Source of the DNA: Ruditapes philippinarum
Taxonomy: Eukaryota
DNA length: 64,000 nucleotides
NCBI RefSeq assembly: GCF_026571515.1
Contig: NW_026864381.1
Coordinates: forward strand, 124,001-188,000
Direction: 5' to 3'
Shown: positions 26,901 to 35,900 of the stretch, piece after piece
Numbering within the stretch: the first letter of the stretch is position 1
Layout: every line of letters starts with the position of its first letter
Notes under the pieces: generated by a model
Told to the model about the DNA's origin: nothing
The model's database searches: none
The model's input: only the letters and a program-made list of their open reading frames with translations
Translations under genes and position numbers: made by a program

Positions 26901-29900
26901 GATAATTATAGGTGTTTACCCTGATGAAAGGAGTCTTACCTGTTACATTTAAGCAGTGTTGTCAGAACCCACTTTTGAGTTTTTATTTATTATGGTAATG
27001 AGATTCCTGATGTAACTACCAATGGTCAGTTTTTCGAATTCAAAGCATGACAGGTACAAATGTTTTCATTACGGTAAGTTTGAGATTTTGTCATCAGAAT
27101 TAGATATCTGCACATTTGAGTGATAAAGTCTGAAGTACCATGTAGTCATTTGTTATTTACATTTAAGTACTGCAGCAACACAGATGTTTCATCTTTGATA
27201 TTATTAATGTTATCAGATTTGAAAGATTTGGTTGAGTTTTCATGATAACTGTGAATTCACTTAGTTTTGTGGGCATGAAATTTGTATTTTTGTCCAAAAA
27301 AAAAGACATTTTCTTGGGTTCTCAATTTCGAGGACTGTCCGTTTTTGTCTGTTTTTGCGAACAAGAAAAGATGGAAGCACATAATTTTATGGAAATAATC
27401 ATAACAGCAAATGAAAGAAAATTTCATTAGATCTTAAATTTGTGGATAGACCTATTCACTCAAAAATCACAAAAAAAAATGGTGCTCATTGAATAATGAT
27501 GATTTTGCAGTATTTTTGATTGTGAATCTTAGACTTGTTAAAGGGTTCACTTTCTGCATGAAATTATAAACAAAATTGCTGTAAATGTAGGATTTTCAGA
27601 ATGTTTTCTAATATGTATCTTATATTTCTTTTTATTTCAGAATTACCATCAATGTCAAAAGTGAAAGAACCCCCGTATAAGAAGGCAAAGATGGCAGAAA
27701 ATATTCCAGAGGGAAGGTAGAAAGATCTATACTTTTCTATAACAGCCAATTTTCTGTAGCTTTCTTTAGTCAATATATTTGATCAGAAGTTTAAGAATGT
27801 CTTTTAGAATGATCTTAATAATTCATTTTATTTTCTGAAATAATACATGTATGTTAATATGATGTAATTCTGTACATGTAAAAATTCTGTAATACATCTC
27901 TAATATTAAGTTTCAAAAATGACTTCAAAAAATAAATTTTAACATTTAAGCTGAGGACAACATTGGACATTGTAATTAGAGAGTTTGATTGGATTAAGTT
28001 TGATACTGTTGCTAAATTTTAATACTTATATTTTAGTACTAATACTTTTCTACGGAAAATACATTTACTGTTTGAATTTATACATATTACTTAAAATTTA
28101 AGAAAGTATTTGTTACGTATAATCACCTCACCACATTACTAGAGTGTAAGACAAAAACCCTCATACCTTCCCATCTAGCAGGGAGCATTTCTTTTTAGGG
28201 TCAATTTAGAACCAAAATTTTGCCCCATTCCTTTTTCCAAAATAGCATATATTTTTTCCCTATTTCTGAAAAAGTTACCCTTTAAAAAAAAGATACATTT
28301 TATCATGAGTTGGACATAGGGGGGCCATGTAGTTTGAAACAAAAATGGTATTGCATCACAATTTAACAGAAAAAGAATTGTTTTATCTGTTTCCAGATTT
28401 TTCTTTTTCCCCCTCAGTGACACACTTTTCCCATCCCATTTGGCCCTTGCACCATTCCCCTAAAACTGAAAAAAAACTTTGGGAGGGACAATAGCTCCAA
28501 TTAATTTTTCAAAAGCCATCCTATTAAATTTAATTGCAAACAAAAGCCCTTCCACATTGGAAAACATTAATTTAAATCTATTTGTACAGCTTTTATTTTA
28601 GCTTCAAATAACAAGGTACATAATAGTTTATATGACTGTTCTTATTTGACTTGAAGTAGTAATAAATGTGTCATGTTGTCTGGTCAAGGTCAATGCGGGA
28701 AAGCCATGAGCGAAACAGAGAAGATCCCTATGACTATAATAGACGACCTGCCTATGATGAAGCACGACGGCAACCATATGATGACAGAAGACGACCTCAA
28801 TATGATGATGCACGGCGGCCACCATACGATGAGGCACGACGGCAAGCATATGATGATGCACGTCGACCACCATACGATGACCCACGTCGGCCATCTTATA
28901 TGGATTCACGGCGACCGCCATATGATGATTCTAGAGACCCGTACTATAGGAGGAGATATCCGGATGATTTCAGGGCCTCATACCGGGACAGATTTGATCC
29001 ATATGGTGTTGATGATCCCATGTATGAAAGGTTAGAAACATGTTTTATTTGTTTTATGCTGATTTGGTATGTTATGTTTATAAGCAGCCACCCTCTTATA
29101 ATGCGCCCCGTTATAACGCTAAACTCAATATAACACTCATAGGCCTTGGGTCCCAAAAAATCATATTGTTCACCTGTCATTATTTTTTTTCATGTGTATT
29201 TTTTTTTGCACTGTATCTGCTATAACACTTGTTCAATATGACAGTCAATGCAGTAATTTTGCAATGAAGGTTATATATCAGCACCGGGTTATAACGCAGT
29301 GTTAAGACCTTGAACCCCAACATGAGCATTGTAACGGGGTTGCAGTGTCATACCACCAATGTTAGATGATAATTTACATTGGGTTATATTTTATGCTCCA
29401 AATTGTTTGGTTTAAATTTACAACCCCCTCCCCCATATTATATCACTCATACTGGGTTATGTTTTATATTACAAATAAAACACTCAGCAATCTGATTTAT
29501 GCTCGGGGACTACACCCCCTCGTACAAATCAGATACCCTCGTGTTCCGATGCTCTTTCTATTACCACTAATATAAGATTGTCATTTATACCACCAGTATT
29601 GGGACCATTATAGGGTTATTGATTATACCACTAATATTGGATTTTAATTACCACAACCAGTATGGAGATAATATGACAGATTTAATAGGTAAAGGAAGAC
29701 CTCCAACATCCTTTTATGCATTATTTCAAGCATAATAGGCTAGGAACGAAGTATAAACTTTCTTTAAGCAAGCTTTCTAAAATGACTTTAGAATACTGAC
29801 TGGTTTTGAAATCAACAACATTACAATAGGAATTATTGAAAGTCGTTAATGTGATAGTTGTTTTAAAGTGTGAGATTTTCTATATTAATTATAGGAGAAT

Positions 29901-32900
29901 GTTAGATGAACGTAGACGTCTTGATGGTTTGATGGGAGAGAGACATCGGCTAGATGACCCGTATGCAGAGCGACGCAGGATAGATGACATCCTAGAACGA
30001 AGACGATACCTTGATGAACTTGAAAAGTCTCGAGTGACAGATATTCTAGAAAGAAGAAAACGCTTACAGGAAACTGATGTTGACTTCCTTAGACTTCAAA
30101 GGTTTATGGGCAGGTGTGTTTCCAGTTAAATTTTTCTTTCCTAATAATTCATCAAGATTGTCATGAGATTTTGGTTTATAGGACAAAAAAACACATCTGT
30201 TGTCTTTCATTTACATTTGATTGAGTTTATCTGGAGACTAGTTGAGTTGTAAGGCAATCTTTAGCTCTATTGGTTTAGTAAGGTCCTACAGGCAAGCTCT
30301 TCTGTAGAACCACTGACCTACAATAAGCTGTCTTTATTTGTGAGATACCGTGACATGTAACACACTGTAACAAGTAACAAAGGGTAAGTAAGTACTAATG
30401 AAAACAAATTGATTTGTTTTATTTACAATTAAAAAATAATTACGAATAAGATGGATTGATATCATTTCATATGTACATTGTATTATCATATATCAAAGTA
30501 TCAAAAATTGTCAAGCATGCCTTTTTGGCTATGTCTTATTTGTAACATCACCATTTTGACATTTGCAATTTTGATGTGAACTGAAACTGAACAAAATAAA
30601 AATGTATTCTACTGTACTGAGTTATACATGTATTTTCTGTCTAAGAGACAGCTTGAGGTATTTTCATCTATTAATCCTACTGAATATAAGTAAAGCATGT
30701 GTGTGGACAGTCTATTTTTGTGATGTCCATTTTCAGATATGATTCTCTAAGAATATTGTTATATAGGCTGTAGAATGATATGGCAGTCATTGATTGCTGT
30801 ACTTATTGTTCTTTGGGTTTTTATCAACTGGAATGAAGTAGTTCTATTAAAAGCACACATTTATCCTTGTTTTAGGGAAGCTGCTCCAGCCAGTAGTAGT
30901 CCAAGTCTGAGTACGGAAGAGAAGTCAAGATTAGATAGTCAGCTGGCACGTAGAGAAGCTCTACACGCTAACGTAGCCCCGGCTAACACTGTGCCAGCTA
31001 ACATCAGGCCAGCTAACATCAGGCCAGCTAACACTGTGCCAGCTTACACAGTACCTGCTAATGTGATACCAGCTACTCAACAACCGGTTATCCAAGCTAT
31101 ACAAGACAAGTATGAATGTTGATATAATTTTAGAATTAATGGCAAGAATTTTTATCTTGACATACAGTTAACCCATTACTTCATGAGCATTTTGTGAAAA
31201 ATGGCTGTTTTCATTGAAAAGTCTCCTGTTACAAGTTCAAATTGCTATAATACTATAAAAACTGCTTCAACACTAATCAAACTTGGCACAAATGTTGACT
31301 GGACCATTGCCCTTGAAACAACATGCTCAGGCTTAAATTTTCTGTTACCATGGCAACGAGGGGACATCTCAAAATTGCCAAAAATCACTATTTTGCGTTG
31401 ATTTTTTCCATCAAAATTGATTTCAAAGTGCTGCAACTTCTCAATGGATTGAGATAGAGTCAAATGCTTTTCAGCGTTGGTTACATGTTACCTTATGATC
31501 AATCTGGGGTCATTTATAGCCTCTCACAAGTCCAAAATTTTCTTGGCGATGAGGGGGCACATCCCCCTTCTAGCAAACCCCTGAAGTATCTTTTGATTGG
31601 GGGGCCGCGCCGAAAAACTGGTCACTTTTTTTAACAACATTTCTCAAACAAAAACAAGTGTTGGGGGCCTAAATAAGGCATTTTTTCACCATTAGAGACA
31701 ACAAAAAAAGGGGGGGGGGTGAAAAAGGAGTGTATATCGCGTAATGGGTTAACAGACTGACTAGAATTTACTTTATCAGAGTTCTCTTACACTTGAAAAT
31801 ATCATGGAATTGCAAAGATTCAAAATTCTCATGAAAATATCATGTATATATACATGCATATTCAAATTTGTCATGGAATTTTTAAAAATTAACCTTGATA
31901 TCATTGACAGTCAATGAAAATCATAGAAATATCAGTAAGGTAAAGTAGTAGGGTAGTAAGTAAGTAACGACTTTATTTAATGAGGCTAACACATTTGGTT
32001 TCCCGATCTTCCATGCGGGCCTCAGCATATACATAGCATATACATAACAATATATACATTACACATTTTGAATAACATATATACACAAATAGAAAAAAAC
32101 ACAAAAAAATACAAACAAAAACAACATCAAGAAACCAAATTTTCTTAACCTGGGCATGAAAAATACATTATTTTACAAGTAGGATTAGAACAATATTGTA
32201 AAAACAAAACATTATACATTCTATTCTTGTGGGGCATTATCATAACAACAAAATGTACACTCATTCAATTAGAAAATTGCCACTTAATATATGTGGCTTG
32301 AAATTTCTTCAAAGTATCTGAATTTCGAATATAAATTGGGATGTCATTCCATATTTTAGAACCAGAATAGTCAAGTGATTTCCTAAAGTACTCAGTTGTT
32401 GGTTTCGGAATGTGCATTGATTAACAAAGTTCAGCATGATTTGTAACTGTGTTATATTTCAGATTATCGGAACATAAGAGCAGTAATCCTAACATAGCAG
32501 CTAGACAAGAACAGGCTGCTGAGGCTCTCAAACAGGTTTGTTTATAAAACTTTTCAGTGCATGGCCTAGCGGTTAAAGTTGTTTATTTCAAACCATTTGC
32601 CCCGCACCACTGTAGGTTCAAATCCTATTTATTATCCCCCGCCGATGGAATCAGGAGGGGGATATAGTTTTGGCGTTGTCCGTCCGTCCTTCCGTCCGTC
32701 CGTCCATCCGAATTTCGCTTCCGGACTAGTTCTCTGCAACTACTGGCTGGAATTCAACGAAACTTTATGGGAATCATCAATATCAAGAGGAGATGCGCAT
32801 ATCGTCGGCTTGTTCCAATCAGACCCTTTAACTCAGAGTTATGGCCCTTGATTAGTTATGTAGTATGCATATAGAGTAAAAATCGTTTCCGCGCTACTTC

Positions 32901-35900
32901 TCTGCAACTACTGGCAACTACTCTGCCCACAAAACTTTATGGGAACCTTTAATATCTAGAGGGGATGCGCATATCGTCGACTTGTTCCGGTCCGACACTT
33001 TAACTTAGAGTTATGGCCCTTGATTAGTTATGCAGTATGCATATAGAGTAAAAATCGTTTTCGCGCTACTTCTCTGCAACTACTGGCTGGAATTCAACGT
33101 AACTTTATGGGAACCTTCAATACCAAGAGGAGATGAGCATATCGTTGCCTTGTTAAGGTCAGACACTTTAACTTAGAGTTATGGCCCTTGATTAGTTATG
33201 CAGTATGCATATAGAGCAAAAATTGTTTCCGCGCTACTTCTCTGCAACTACTGGCTGGAATTCAACAAAACTTTATGGGAACCTTCAATACCAAGAGAAG
33301 ATGCGCATATCATTGCCTTGTTGGGGTCAGACATTTTAACTCAGAGTTATGGCCCTTGATTAGTTACGCTTATAGAAAAATATTCGTTTCTGCGCTACTT
33401 CTCTGCAACTACTGGCTGGAATTCAATGAAACTTTATTGGAACCTTCAATACCAAGAGGAGATGGGCATATCGTCGCCTTGTTCGGGTCAGACATTTTAA
33501 CTTAGAGTTATGGCCCTTGATAACTTATGCAATATACAACCAGAGCAATAATCGTTTCCATGCTACTTCTCTGTAACTACTGGCTGGAATTCAATGAAAC
33601 TTTATGGGATACGAAGAGGAGATGTGCATATAGTCGCCTTGTTCCGGTCAGATACTTATAACTCAAATTTATGGCCCTGGATTAGTTATGCAGTATGCAT
33701 ACATCTCATTGGCATTTCCAGAAATTACTATTTAACACAGAGTTATGGCTCTATTATTGCCCTGAATATTTATCAAGTTCAAAGAATATTACTGTTTATG
33801 CCATGTATAAATAAAGCTTTATGTCTTCAGTTGTTGTGTTAGTAATAACCTGTACTCGGCGGGGGATATAAATTCAACGAATTTGCTTGTTCATGTTAGG
33901 AAACAATCCAGCTACCTTACAGAATGTTGGTGGTTCTACTTTTGATTTCCACTCATGCCTGAAATAGTACACTGAGGGGAATCAGAGGTCTTCCTCCGCT
34001 AGTATAGCTGGAAAATCACCATATGACCTTTACCGTAACAGTGTGACTTACACCCAACAAAGAGATGATAAAAAAAAGAAGTAATTCCCAGTGCTAATTA
34101 ATTTCCAGGAATTTCTGTAAATCAGGATTGCAAGTCTACATGAATGACTACAAATGCAGAAAATTAATTAAATCTTAAAAAAAAAGCACAAAAAAAAGCC
34201 AAGGATTTTTCCCCTGGAAAAATAAGCATCTTACATATTGACATTCTCTATAATTTGTAAATAAATATGTAGTCAAGCAAAAGGGAGATACATTTTTGGT
34301 CTTGTCTCAATTGCAAATTGTGTAATTTTCAGTTTTTTATTATATTTTCTTATTATCTAATGACCCTCCTGTGATAGTAATGTTTGACAAACTTCCGAAA
34401 TATTTTATTACAATTTTGTTTTAATACCTTTTTAAATACAAATGCGTTAGTGTTTGTATTATGTATATGTGTGTTTTAACCTAAATAAATATCTATCTAT
34501 CTGTAAATATAACTTATAAGTATACTCTTGAAGTTATGACTTGAAAGTAATATAGTGTTTAATACAGAAACATTGATCTAGATGCATCATTTCTTCAATG
34601 GAAAGATGTGATTTAGTGCAGTAACAGGGTAAGTCCTTATATATTTGATTAAAGTAAACCATTTACTGCATTAAGGTGACAATATGAAGGTTTGCAAACA
34701 CATTTGAACAAGATTTTAACATGTATCTTATATTTTTGCAGGAAGCTGCTAAAAATCCCCATGTGAATATTGCAGAAATTATGACTAATCTGGTAAGACA
34801 TTTTCTTTTACAATATATCCGAGCCGTGTCACGACAAAACCAACATAATGGGTTTGCGACCAGCATGGATCCAGACCAGCCTGCGCATCCGCGCAGTCTG
34901 ATCAGGATCCATGCTCTTCGCTTACAAACCCTATTACAAGTAGAGCAACTGATAGCGAACAGCATTGATCCTGATCAGACTGCTCGGATGCGCAGGCTGG
35001 TCTGGATCCATGCTGGTCGCAAACCCACTATGTTGGTTTTGTCAAGACGCGGCTCATCTGTTCAATCAAAAATTGATTTCTTATAAAAAAAAAACATTTG
35101 GAACTTCCATGATTGAGTTGTAAAGTTTCCTTATATTGATTCTCTTGTCTCTCACCATTGTCACCTCTGAGATCCAGCCACTGACATAGAGTTCAAACTC
35201 TATCATAATGTGACAGTACCAAGCTGGCTTTAACCCTTTCACTGCCATAGGGACGGCTTAAGCCGTTTCTATAATAATAATAGTAATAATAATAAATTAA
35301 TAATAATAATAATAAAATAATAATAAATATAAAGAAAATTATACCATCGACAATAATTATTATTATACTAACAGAATTGGAAACATATATAATTATTATT
35401 ATAATACTAATAACAAATGATAATAATTATATTAATTAATAATATAGTAATTTCTTAGAAAATCCTCTGGCAAATAGGTGAACAATAAAACAATAACCCT
35501 CTGGCAGCGAAAGGGTTAACCTTTAACTTGCTGGTGGCAATCGACTCTACCCATGTTACCAGTGCAGACAAAGTTCAGCTGGCACATCCATGTAGTCTGA
35601 TCAGGGGTCTGCACTGTTTGCTATATAGTCAGTGCAATATTTGGAAATTGTCGCTAACAATGATGAATGATTTATTGTGGTTAGGGTTAAAGGTTGAAGA
35701 TTCCACAAGGATTGTCTTCTTTGCCAGAATCATCATTCGAGTCTTTATCCAAATATATTTCTATATTGTACAGAACACTGAATAATAATCTAATGTAAAT
35801 AGATATATTATATACAATAAATTTGTTTTATATATAGAAATATGTATTATGAATACAGAATTAACAGCAACTTCTTTGTTTCTCATTTTTGAAAATTTAC

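Noticed and set aside
34663-35086. ORFs of 100 and 121 aa
   Set aside because: Mostly foldback MITE sequence; only 34742-34792 is a real exon. The same holds for the N-terminal part of ORF 9641.
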